A stretch of DNA of 60,123 nt, filler included. It is 4 parts of 4 records of this genome, joined end to end, with 100 filler letters (N's around TTAATTAATTAA, not from the genome) between each part and the next. Parts side by side here need not be neighbours in the genome. Positions count along the whole stretch, not along the records: positions 24,899 to 54,283 come from DRR723986_9326; 3 more parts are not named here. One strand, 5' to 3'. Under the pieces are notes generated by a model. That model made no database searches. It saw only the letters and a list, made by a program, of their open reading frames with translations, and was not told the origin of the DNA. Numbering within the stretch: position 1 is the first letter of the stretch; every line of letters begins with the position of its first letter. The position numbers were made by a program, and so were the translations under genes. Below, one piece after another: positions 40,077-49,909 of this stretch.

Positions 40077-41003
40077 TCACCAGCTGTCCGTTACCAAGGT
40101 CGTGTCGTCTTGTACAAGTGTTAACACAGAGTCGATTCGTTTAAAAACCCGGTGGATATGCAGGCAGCTGTCGGGGTTATCAGAATTGTCTCCCGGCATA
40201 TTTTCGTACAGCTTTAGTTCGCGATGCACGAGAATATCTTTTGTGCCTGCAGGCGCAAAACGTTCATACTCCGAACTGCGGTCATAATCGGAACTCGCCG
40301 AGTACGATACCTGCCTAAAGCGATGCATTTCCGCTGACCATTCATAACTTGTACTTGATGAGGCCGCACCGCGCGGATGCCACCAATTAAACACCACGAC
40401 ATCTTCCTGTAGCGGTAGTTGTAAATGGTTAAAATTGCGCTCGCCTGCGAACTGCGGAATGTATTGATACGAATTTGATCCGCGCCGGTACATCCAGGCC
40501 GACGCAAAGGTGCAGCTGTACTTGTCGCGGCAGTTTTCCTCAAAGATCAGGTCTTTGTAACCGTCGCCATTAAGATCGCTAATGTGCAGGCGCCAATCCT
40601 GCGTAAAATCGACGTACATAAACTGCCCTGCGACGGACGTATCGAGCACTAGATTGGTTTCGTCGCTTATCAATTCAAAGCCGGCATTATTGTGTATTGC
40701 CAGGCACCAGCCATATTCCTCTGAATTCTTAGCGCCTTTTGCCTGCGGGTCGTACAAGATTTCAAGAATGCAAGCTGTTATCTCCTCGTCATTAACTCCT
40801 TCGTAGCGCGATTTTAGATCGAAGGTATCCCGGAAAACAACAATCACTGAGTCGATGGCGGAATCGACGGACAGATCGATTCCGGAATGAAGCGGTGGGT
40901 ACTCATCGGCCTGCGCAGACGACGCAGAGTACAGCGAAGCAGCAATTAGAGACACAACAACGAGAGCCGCGCATGTAGCAACATAAACCTTGTACCAGAT
41001 CAT
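40077..41003 (-). CDS. Exported XAC2610-like protein (paralog)
   Basis: Signal peptide; ISDLNGDGYKDL...AWMYRRGSNSYQYIPQF; C-terminal CLHI matches CLYI of the neighbour. Confidence 0.55.
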   Translation of the reverse strand: MIWYKVYVATCAALVVVSLIAASLYSASSAQADEYPPLHSGIDLSVDSAIDSVIVVFRDTFDLKSRYEGVNDEEITACILEILYDPQAKGAKNSEEYGWCLAIHNNAGFELISDETNLVLDTSVAGQFMYVDFTQDWRLHISDLNGDGYKDLIFEENCRDKYSCTFASAWMYRRGSNSYQYIPQFAGERNFNHLQLPLQEDVVVFNWWHPRGAASSSTSYEWSAEMHRFRQVSYSASSDYDRSSEYERFAPAGTKDILVHRELKLYENMPGDNSDNPDSCLHIHRVFKRIDSVLTLVQDDTTLVTDSW

Positions 41004-41375
41004 CGCCCAACCTTTTGTTGATCAACAGCAAAATACTCGAGGTCCCGCAGTCTGGCAGCTACAGACACGGAGACAAACAAGATACTCAAGAAAAAAACTA
41101 TTGCGAGCGGGAGTGAGCAGATTCGCGTAGTTGTGATTTTCGACGCAGTAACTGGCATGCGGCCAATAATCTGTGAGTGTGCACAACAATGCATAGAATT
41201 AAACAGACTTATTTTGTAACGCGGGTATGGAATGAAGTGTTTTTTGCATGCTCGAAAGCGGAATTGCAATTTTCCCGTGCAACTCATCCAAATGAATTTG
41301 TTATCGGTGCCCAACTCTCCCTATTTTACCGGTACAAATTGCTCTCCACAAATATGTAATTTCTGGAAAACGATC

Positions 41376-43901
41376 ATGAAGTCCAGCTATAAATACACCT
41401 TGTTAGTTTACGGCCTGTCAACTATTGGCATTTTGTGGGCAAGTAATTTGACCTTTGCACAGGACTGGTACACTCCGGTTCAAATGCAAGCAGGCCGCTC
41501 GGCACATAGCTCCGTCCTCATGAATGACGGAAGGGTTTTGATTACTGGTGGCGGACCGGATCGCGAAACCGGACTGGCATTGGCCGAAGTTTTCGACTTT
41601 AGATACAATACGATAGAACAAGTCGCCGACATGCATGAACGGCGCATATTACACTCGTCGGTGGTTCTGGATGACGGTCGTGTGCTGGTAGCTGGGGGAA
41701 CACCTGCGGTAGGCAGTTCACTAAACAGCTGTGAAATTTTTGATCCCGCAACGGACACGTGGCACTTAACCGGTGACATGAATTTTGGGCGGAATGGTTT
41801 TGCGATGGTGAAACTTAAGGATGGGCGTGTAATGGCACTTGGCGGCATTGGGCATGCAAGTCCGCAAGAAGAATACAGCACCACGGAGCGCTGTGAAATT
41901 TTCGACCCTGTGACGGAAACGTGGACTGAAACCGCGCCGATGCCGAATGACCGCAATGGGCTTGCGGCTATGGTGTTGGATGACGGCAGAGTTTATGCTA
42001 CGAGTGGTTACGCTTCACGTGGACCTACCCGCCCAGACTGCCAGATCTATAACCCGGCAAGCGATAGCTGGGATGCGGTGAAGTGGTTCCCCGATAGCGG
42101 AACCGGAGACCACAAGATGACGAAGCTGCCCAACGGCGAACTGCTGCGCACGGGCGGTTGGCCGGGGCCACAGACTTACAGTCACCTGTATAATCCACAA
42201 AACGATTCCTGGCGGCAGGCGAGTGTACTTAATACATCACGGCACTCACATGTGCAACTTACGATGCCGGATGGCCGCACCTATGTTCTTGGTGGAATGA
42301 CCAGCGAAAGACGTGGCCCGCAGGAACCGACTGATGACGTTGAATTTTTTGATATGGAATGGGTTACCTGGCATTCAGTTGAGCCCCTGCCCGAAAAGGT
42401 GGCCAATCTAACGGGTCACATTCTGCCGAACGGACAACTGATAATTATTGGCGGCGCAGTCTCATTCACGGCAGCCAGCCGCAATATTCACGTTTCAAAT
42501 TTTGATGATGTTTCGAGTGCAAGGCGCGTGAGCGGAACGGTCTGGTATGACATTGACGGCAACGGCATTTTAGACGATCAGGACCGCCCAGCCGAAAAGG
42601 TGAAACTGGAAGGCCTCAAGGGATCATTTGCGAGTCCCTTCACGCACTTCAGTGATGTCAATGGAGACTATGAACTTATTCTCCCACTCGGGAAACATCA
42701 GATCTGTGTCGCTGATCAGCTCCATTGGGAAGTAGTCGCACTGGATAATAACGCGCAGTGTTATACGGAAGACATCCAGGATGTGGGCCTTGAATTAAGC
42801 GATCGGAATTTTGTCTTAACTCCGCGGCATGCTATCCAGGATTTGGACATGAGCATTGTCAGCAGCCAGCCACGTCCGGGTTTTGCCTTACACTACTACA
42901 TAAACATTCGCAATACCGGGACGCTGCCGTTTAGCGGTCAAATCTTGTTTGAAGCCGATCCAATTCTGAAATTTGTTAGCAGCAGCTGGCCTGGAGATAT
43001 GATGCAAGGTTCGCTGCTGGCCTGGAATGCAGACGATCTTCCGGTTGGAGCTGAACATCGCATTGTGCTAGAGTATAGCGTTCCAGCCGACGTTGGGTTA
43101 CTGGGTTATGAATTGTGCGCCGCAATCCGAACGGACAAGGACAATCGCGACGAACTCCTGCGTGAAGGCCATGACATCTTCTGCAGTGAAATTCGCGGCG
43201 CTTACGACCCCAATGAGATAGTTGTCTCACCACGCGGAATTGGAGATAAGGGCGCGGTGAACTATGACGACACATTCCTCTCTTATACTATTTACTTCCA
43301 GAACCTGGGGACTGGAACTGCGTTTAACGTGAGAATCCTCAACCAGCTTGACAGGTACCTGGAAAGCGGCAGTTTCCAGCTGGGGAATTCGAGCCACCCG
43401 GTAGATGTTGCGATCGATTCTGAGGGGCTGGTGAAATTTACATTTGACGATATCAGGCTGCCGCACAAGGCAGTCAATGAGCCAGGCAGCCAGGGTTTTG
43501 TACGTTATTATGTCAAAGCCAAAAAACCGCTTGGCAAAGAAAACCTGGTGCACAATCTTGCAGATATCTATTTTGACTTTAACCCTCCAATTCGCACAAA
43601 CACGGCCCGCACAACAGTTGTTAACTTAACAACTTCGGTAGACTCCAAACAGCCACCGGCAGCAGACGTACGCTTGTTTCCCAATCCAGCCGGTGAGCAC
43701 GTCACTCTTAAAATTAGCATGGGTGAATTCGAGCACATCTCGCTGGTTGATGTTCTGGGGCAGGAACAGACTCCAAACCTTGAGTTTAGCGGGCAGGAAA
43801 TCTCTCTCGACGTCTCAGCGCTGCAGCAAGGCGTGTATTGGCTGACGGTAGTTGACAAGGCCGGCATGCGGCATACGCAAACCTTAACGATTCGCCGCTG
43901 A
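41376..43901 (+). CDS. T9SS-secreted Kelch-repeat protein with SdrD-B-like and DUF11/DUF7619-like domains
   Basis: Kelch repeats (R..HS...L.DGRVL..GG...E.FDP.T.TW); VSGTVWYDIDGNG; GAYDPN, YTIYFQNLGT, ADIYFDFNPPIRTN; LFPNP...VDVLG...LQQGVY CTD; start set to ATG 41376. Confidence 0.9.
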   Translation: MKSSYKYTLLVYGLSTIGILWASNLTFAQDWYTPVQMQAGRSAHSSVLMNDGRVLITGGGPDRETGLALAEVFDFRYNTIEQVADMHERRILHSSVVLDDGRVLVAGGTPAVGSSLNSCEIFDPATDTWHLTGDMNFGRNGFAMVKLKDGRVMALGGIGHASPQEEYSTTERCEIFDPVTETWTETAPMPNDRNGLAAMVLDDGRVYATSGYASRGPTRPDCQIYNPASDSWDAVKWFPDSGTGDHKMTKLPNGELLRTGGWPGPQTYSHLYNPQNDSWRQASVLNTSRHSHVQLTMPDGRTYVLGGMTSERRGPQEPTDDVEFFDMEWVTWHSVEPLPEKVANLTGHILPNGQLIIIGGAVSFTAASRNIHVSNFDDVSSARRVSGTVWYDIDGNGILDDQDRPAEKVKLEGLKGSFASPFTHFSDVNGDYELILPLGKHQICVADQLHWEVVALDNNAQCYTEDIQDVGLELSDRNFVLTPRHAIQDLDMSIVSSQPRPGFALHYYINIRNTGTLPFSGQILFEADPILKFVSSSWPGDMMQGSLLAWNADDLPVGAEHRIVLEYSVPADVGLLGYELCAAIRTDKDNRDELLREGHDIFCSEIRGAYDPNEIVVSPRGIGDKGAVNYDDTFLSYTIYFQNLGTGTAFNVRILNQLDRYLESGSFQLGNSSHPVDVAIDSEGLVKFTFDDIRLPHKAVNEPGSQGFVRYYVKAKKPLGKENLVHNLADIYFDFNPPIRTNTARTTVVNLTTSVDSKQPPAADVRLFPNPAGEHVTLKISMGEFEHISLVDVLGQEQTPNLEFSGQEISLDVSALQQGVYWLTVVDKAGMRHTQTLTIRR

Positions 43902-43912
43902 TGGCCCGGCGC

Positions 43913-44332
43913 TTAACTTTCGTACTTCTGCTTTTGATGTTTAACTGAAGACTCGATCATGTCTTTAAGAACATCACGATCAACGTCGTCGAGCGTCTTA
44001 ACATAGAGGCAGGACTTACCGGTTTTATGTTTACCGAGTTGGGCGAGTTTCTCATCATAGGAATCAAAGCCGTCCATGATGTACATCGTCAGGTTTTGTT
44101 TGCGTGGCGAGAAACCGGTATAGAACCACTCACCTTCGCGTCCGCTGGCGTACTTGTAGTGATACTGACCAAAACCAATCAGTGAGCCGCCCCACATTTT
44201 GGCTTCGGCGCCGGTGATCTCGCGCATGAGGTCCAGTAGTTCGCGGCAGTCGCGTTGTTTACGTTCGTCAGCGACGGATGCGATAAAGTCATCGACGCTG
44301 AGATCGTTTGGGGCGGTTTTGTTGGGGGCCAT
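43913..44332 (-). CDS. DUF1801 (YdhG-like) protein
   Basis: MWGGSLIGFGQYHYKYASGREGEW, GFSPRK, LGKHKTGKSCLY. Confidence 0.9.
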   Translation of the reverse strand: MAPNKTAPNDLSVDDFIASVADERKQRDCRELLDLMREITGAEAKMWGGSLIGFGQYHYKYASGREGEWFYTGFSPRKQNLTMYIMDGFDSYDEKLAQLGKHKTGKSCLYVKTLDDVDRDVLKDMIESSVKHQKQKYES

Positions 44333-44430
44333 GGGCTTAGGTACCTACAATTTGTTTATTCAAGACGTCTGGTCCGGACGTCAATTTACCTAAAAATATT
44401 CGTTCCAGATTAATTTTTGGACCAAAAATC

Positions 44431-45483
44431 TTAGCGGACCGGCTCCCCCACCCCCGCAGCCACCAGCATCGAACATCCTGGATTTGCTGGTACCGCAACA
44501 TGCCGGCTGGGATAAAATTCTACAACTCTGGGTGCATTCACCTCAGCAGCAAACCATAGGCGTGGCTCCTTAAAGTCAACGGCCCCAATACTTAACAACT
44601 TGCCATCTTCATCAATGACTAACTCGCGCGGCACAAAAATATCAAAGCGTAGTTTGGCGCCGGGCAAGGCGCTATAACGCACAAAATAACCACCTGGGTG
44701 GCGCGACCAGCGGCCGTGTGGCACATAACTATGCGGACTGTTGTTTACAATTCCGCCCATCAGAACCGTTGCCGTCTCCACTGCGTCCTGCGCCGTATGA
44801 TATGCAGATTCAATCTGTGAACGCAGCTTCTCTTCTTCCTGCGCAAGCTCATCCAGGCGCTGCGGCAAGTCTCCCAGCAATTTGTTAACATGCCGATTTT
44901 TGGCCAATCCGAATAATCCGCCGTTCATCGCAAATCGATCCATCGAAGACATTAAACGCGAAGCCAGTAATTGCAGCTCTGCCGGAAGATCACTGTAACG
45001 CAGGCCAAGCGCCACACACATAACGAGCGACTGCACTTCTACCTGGCTGATATCGGGGTTAAACACTGCATTGCGCAATATGCTCTCAATCAAGTCGGCG
45101 CGCGGTCCTTGCAGCGGAGCATACAAATAGGCTGCGCCCTCAAGGGCTCCATACTTTTCAGTCTGCAATAAATACACATCTGTTTCCAATCGATAAAATC
45201 CAGGTGTTAACTCAAATCCGGCCTCAGAATTAACATCTGCAATTTCCAGTATTTCAAAGGCACTATCATGTGGTTGCAAAACATCCAGGCAGGCTTCTCC
45301 ATACTCTGCATCGCGCAGGTCGGTCGTAATCGGTGGACCGCTTCTAATGGCATCTGGAAGGCGCGCAGATTCACTGTCGGTCACAATCTCTTTGGCATTT
45401 TGGAACGCTTCCTGCAAAACGGCACAGCCACTTAACATCGTCAGCACTATCACCGCAGTTGAATATCTGTACATCCCGCACAT
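44431..45483 (-). CDS. Hypothetical lipoprotein
   Basis: Lipobox LSGC; GGAGG RBS; 350-aa ORF; no family recognised. Confidence 0.7.
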   Translation of the reverse strand: MCGMYRYSTAVIVLTMLSGCAVLQEAFQNAKEIVTDSESARLPDAIRSGPPITTDLRDAEYGEACLDVLQPHDSAFEILEIADVNSEAGFELTPGFYRLETDVYLLQTEKYGALEGAAYLYAPLQGPRADLIESILRNAVFNPDISQVEVQSLVMCVALGLRYSDLPAELQLLASRLMSSMDRFAMNGGLFGLAKNRHVNKLLGDLPQRLDELAQEEEKLRSQIESAYHTAQDAVETATVLMGGIVNNSPHSYVPHGRWSRHPGGYFVRYSALPGAKLRFDIFVPRELVIDEDGKLLSIGAVDFKEPRLWFAAEVNAPRVVEFYPSRHVAVPANPGCSMLVAAGVGEPVR

Positions 45484-45763
45484 ATTGGACCTCCAGGAAG
45501 CTTGTATTTAACCTCATGTATTGTTTAACGTTTTCCCGGGAACGTCTTATGTAACGATGCCAATCCTGTTATCTTAGTTACAAACTGAATTTGGTATGCA
45601 CTGTAAATTTCTTCTAGTTGAAACACAAAAGTAGCAGACTACTTGCATCAGTTTTACATGGTTCTTCAAGTGCGACTGTCAAGTTTTGTACTCCTGGTCG
45701 GCAAAGAACAATCGGCAATTTTTTGGTTTTCCATAAAGGCCCAGTGAAACTACGGCAGGTTAC

Positions 45764-46858
45764 ATGCGTAGGCGCTGGGTTTCGAGAGGCCGACCCTACC
45801 CTGTTTTTAGCAAACGCGTGTGCGAGCGCTTTTGCACATTTTTGATATTCGGATTCACTATGAGCCCAATTGTTACCGCGGCCTGCCTGCTACACAGTCA
45901 GTTCCGTCTTAAGCGCTGCGCCCCATTACATGTGGCTGGCTTTGTCTTCTTGTTAGTCCTTGCTGCCACAGCCTTTACGGCAGTGATCCCTCAGTCTTGT
46001 CCTGCGCAAGACGCTCAGTCTACATTCAAAATTGACGTAATCGACGATCTGGCCTACTATGCCGGTGACGACGCCGATCCTGATAAGCACAAGCTCGATC
46101 TCTATCTGCCCGCCGGCCTGGAGGACGCTCCCGTCATCCTCTGGATTCATGGTGGCGCATGGGCAACCGGCAGCCGCAAACAGGAGAGCCTGATAGCCAA
46201 ACAGTTCGCCGCACGCGGAATCGCCGTCGCCGTCATGAGTTACAGATTAAGTCCCGGCAACTGGATGAGCCCGGACCTGCCCGAAACAGGTGTAGTCCAT
46301 CCGGCACATATTAACGACGTGGCACGCGCATTTGCATGGCTGCATGCACAGGCCGATGAATATCCCTGGTCAGCGCAAAAACTGTTTGTGAGCGGCTACT
46401 CCGCCGGCGGGCACCTGTCAGCATTGCTCGGATCGGACCCGCAGTACCTGGCAGCCCTTGGATTAACAATTGAAAATATTCGTGGCGCAATCCCAATCGC
46501 TGGAGCCTATGACATTGTTAAGTACTACGAAGCGCTGCTCGAAGCCATGGGCCAGAAAAATACCGAAGCACATATATTTGGAGTCTTTGGCCCCGAAGAG
46601 GGCCTGCCGGCCGCCTCACCAACAAGTTATGTTGCGCAGTCCAACGCCCCCATGCTCGTAATCTCAGAGAAACAAACCTTCAGTTATACAGCTGTCTACG
46701 AAGAACTGGTGATAAACGCAGAGATAGACCACATTCAATTTGTGCACTACATGGACAAGACGCACAAAACCCTCTATGAAAACATGCAGACTGACGACAG
46801 CCGCGCCAATCGACGCATCGTCGAGTTTGTGCAGAGCCGCTGTGCAGACCTGCCCTAA
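45764..46858 (+). CDS. Exported alpha/beta hydrolase (carboxylesterase/BD-FAE-like)
   Basis: KLDLYLP, WIHGGAW oxyanion motif, GYSAGGHL nucleophile elbow; true start probably downstream (e.g. ATG 45860). Confidence 0.85.
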   Translation: MRRRWVSRGRPYPVFSKRVCERFCTFLIFGFTMSPIVTAACLLHSQFRLKRCAPLHVAGFVFLLVLAATAFTAVIPQSCPAQDAQSTFKIDVIDDLAYYAGDDADPDKHKLDLYLPAGLEDAPVILWIHGGAWATGSRKQESLIAKQFAARGIAVAVMSYRLSPGNWMSPDLPETGVVHPAHINDVARAFAWLHAQADEYPWSAQKLFVSGYSAGGHLSALLGSDPQYLAALGLTIENIRGAIPIAGAYDIVKYYEALLEAMGQKNTEAHIFGVFGPEEGLPAASPTSYVAQSNAPMLVISEKQTFSYTAVYEELVINAEIDHIQFVHYMDKTHKTLYENMQTDDSRANRRIVEFVQSRCADLP

Positions 46859-46914
46859 GAACGCGCCGCACCTCCAGGCCCTGAGCATCAATGCCAAAAA
46901 CTCAGCACAAAAAT

Positions 46915-46948
46915 GCCCGTGACTGTAGATTAATCTACGGCCACGGGC
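46915..46948. terminator. Hairpin between convergent genes
   Basis: GCCCGTGACTGTAGA-TTAA-TCTACGGCCACGGGC. Confidence 0.65.
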
Positions 46949-46976
46949 TGTTGGCAGTCTCGCTTGTTTAAGTCAT

Positions 46977-47817
46977 TCAGGGACTGCAGATTTCAGCTAG
47001 CCTGCCAATCGTGTTAAGCCTCAACCGAACCGATGTGTTCTGAAAATTAATGACATCCATCCGCGGCACCACCAAACGCAAAGGCACAGGTGAGATGTCA
47101 ACTGCGTCGGCCACCAAAGCCAGTTCACAACCAGCTCCACCAATGTTGCCGGAATGCCCCAGAGCACTTAACTCAAGCGAATACTGATCACCGGCATCAA
47201 ATAGGTCCGTACGCCCTGCGGCATTGTAGGGCGTCAGCAGACTCTGGGTACATGTCAAAGAGTTAAGACTATTGTGCGCCGCAGCATCACCATAGACATA
47301 ACTAAAGCTGGAAATTGGGCCGCCGCCACCGGCAGGGACTTCCATCCCCCAGCCTATTCCCATTGGAAAACTGCCGGAGTTTGTCTGCCCAACCAGAACC
47401 ATCTCACCATTGGGAGACAAACTGGGCTTTTGAATTACGTCAAAACCCGTATTCCAGGCCTGAGGTGAAGGTCCACCTAAGTCATAACGCGTGGCCCAGG
47501 CCGTGCCAAAGTTTTCATCGAAATTAACCAGTACCACGTCACGTTTAACCGCAGAAAAGCTGTAGCTTTCACCGATAACCGCAACCCGCCGGTTGGCAGT
47601 CCCGCCACCATTGTAGGTATACGTTTGCAAACCAAATGCACGGTCATTCTTGGCTCCACCATAATTACGCGCGCCCAGAATCGTCGGATTATTCGCATCT
47701 GGATCAACCTTGACTATCCACATGTCATAATCCCTGTCGGCCGGTGTCAAGCTGGGAGCACTACTTGTTAACTGTTGATACACCACCACAATGTCATATA
47801 TGCTGAAAACTTTTCAT
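46977..47817 (-). pseudogene. Disrupted beta-propeller surface protein remnant
   Basis: GGAG RBS + ATG at 47817 reads MKSFQHI* and is out of frame with the 270-codon ORF, which carries propeller repeats (DYDMWIVKVD, NYGGAKNDRA, IGESYSF) but no signal peptide or CTD. Confidence 0.55.
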
Positions 47818-47879
47818 GATATATAACTCCGAATCCAGATTATTCTATTTTGTTTAAGTGTTCTGATACAAACCGATTG

Positions 47880-48632
47880 TTAGTCGATAATCAACAGTGA
47901 CTGGCGGTGAAGTGTATCACCATCGCCGATACTCACGCTATATGCACCTGCAGCCAAGTCTTCCGTTGAAATCGAAAGCTCGCTAACATCGCCAAACTCT
48001 GCGCCGGAATAGCTTATAGTTAAGCTTCCGCGCACATCGTGAACATTAATGATCACAGCAGCAGAAAGCGGCCGCTGAAGCATTACTTTAACATCGCTAC
48101 CAGAGCGCACGGGATTTGGCGAAATATACATCATGGCTGACTCAACATTGACAGATGACGAGTTGGGGTCTACCCGGACGTCATCTGCAACATCTGTCGG
48201 AGTCACCATCATCGAAGTATTACCTTCACAGACTCTTTCGATATCTCCATGCGTTTCAATCAGGAAGTCAGGTGCAGGCGCCTGCGCAATCGGAACATTG
48301 TAGGCCACAAAATCACGTGTGACCGCACCGGCTACAGCTGTAGGCGATATGAGTTCAGGGCAAGGCTGATGTATTAAATTGTTAAGTCCGGTCCCCAGCA
48401 TGGAAATTGCGCGCGCCGGCCACTGATCACCACCGCCGGCGCCGGCCGAGATCGTCGTTCCACCAAAGTGCAGGCCCGCCTCGGGAGTATTGGCTTGTGT
48501 AACAGCGATGGCGCGATACGTGTCATAACCCGACCAACCGTGTTAAACACGCCCACTCAACCAGTCCACACGCGCGCACAGTCAGACTTGTAGATCCACT
48601 CGCAAATGGATACATTAACAATCCACCGGTCA
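47880..48632 (-). pseudogene. 5'-truncated T9SS cargo remnant (CTD intact)
   Basis: C-terminal ISPNP...VHDVRG...LAAGAYSV CTD; frame extends upstream of Met 48401 (GYDTYRAIAVTQ...GGDQW) to an in-frame TAA; no signal peptide; abuts repeat copy E. Confidence 0.6.
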
Positions 48633-48693
48633 GCAGATTGCAGCGCCTCCCGCCATTGCATTTGGGTGGCTTGCCTTTTGATATTTTTGTTTG
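48633..48693 (-). repeat. Copy E of dispersed structured repeat
   Basis: Minus strand CAAACAAAAATATCAAAAGGCAAGCC-acccaaatgcaatggcggg-AGGCGCTGCAATCTGC. Confidence 0.8.
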
Positions 48694-49909
48694 TCTTTGC
48701 TGTTGGAGTTTGAATCCAATGAGAGAGTCCAAAGCCTCTTAACTATAAATCTTAGAGCCTGCTGACAATTTGAGCGCTCCAGTGCCGGCAATCTTTGCCA
48801 GGGTTTTCGGGAGGCAAAACACATGCTACTATCAGCTCGTTCATTTATGTAACAGAACAAAAACTAATCGAGCACTTATGTATTACCCTATTGTATTTCT
48901 CATTTCGTGGAGAGTAACAGCCAAATCAATGGATCGCAAGTACGACACTTAACAGACACCACACTCAAGCGGTGAGCTCCCAGCACCAAACATTTCACAT
49001 GTGTTGCAGTTGGGCAAAAAATGCATCTGTGCATATGAGTTCTTCAACTCCAGGCTGTACAATTGACCTGATAATTTGACAGACTAAGACTTTCTGAGAA
49101 AATAGTCCAGGAATTTTTCGCGCGCTTTGCATTGGCCTCACAGCCGGCTTCGTTCGCGCCAGTGCACAGCACCAACACACTTGTCACTAAATCACGCACA
49201 CCTATGCATGTAAGGCTTGGGCAGGTAGATTTGAGCAGGGCTGGCGGCACTTTGCAAACGCCATGCAAATTAACTTTCTGGCTTGACTTTTGATTTTTAA
49301 TACGCTATGTTTACCACCAGAACAAACATGTTGCTGTGACAACGAACATCAACGATCACAAGTTGCCAAGGCGTCTACCAGTAACATAACTGCCCAGTTT
49401 TGTTTGCACCCAAGCTTGTTAGGACCACTGCCTTAGTCCTCTTCAAGCTTGACCAAAATGCCCAGATTTATCGATCGGAAGTTTTGCCCAAACTTCTACC
49501 ATCTGTCCAATACTACCACGTCACCTTTAACTGTGGTAGTATCAACACATTAACGCATAGTCGTACAGAAATAATGAATTACATAAATGCATTTGGCATG
49601 TAAGGTGCCTCAGTGCAAATGCATAAGACATTATACTAAGTCGTTGTAGTTCCTACTAGAACTCACAATCAATTATTCACATATTAACATATTAACATTT
49701 CTTCCATTAATCCCTGCGCGTCGTTTACCCCGGCAGCAGACTGACTCTCTGTGCATTCACAACGCTACGGATTTGTTGATCGCTTGCAACAGACCAGGAT
49801 GCAGTTAACATCTAACCTCAAATTTGAGGTTAATTCTACTCTTACTATCACTTTCGTATTCCAACATACGCGGGTGTTAACCTATCACAATTGAATCTAG
49901 GAGAAAACC

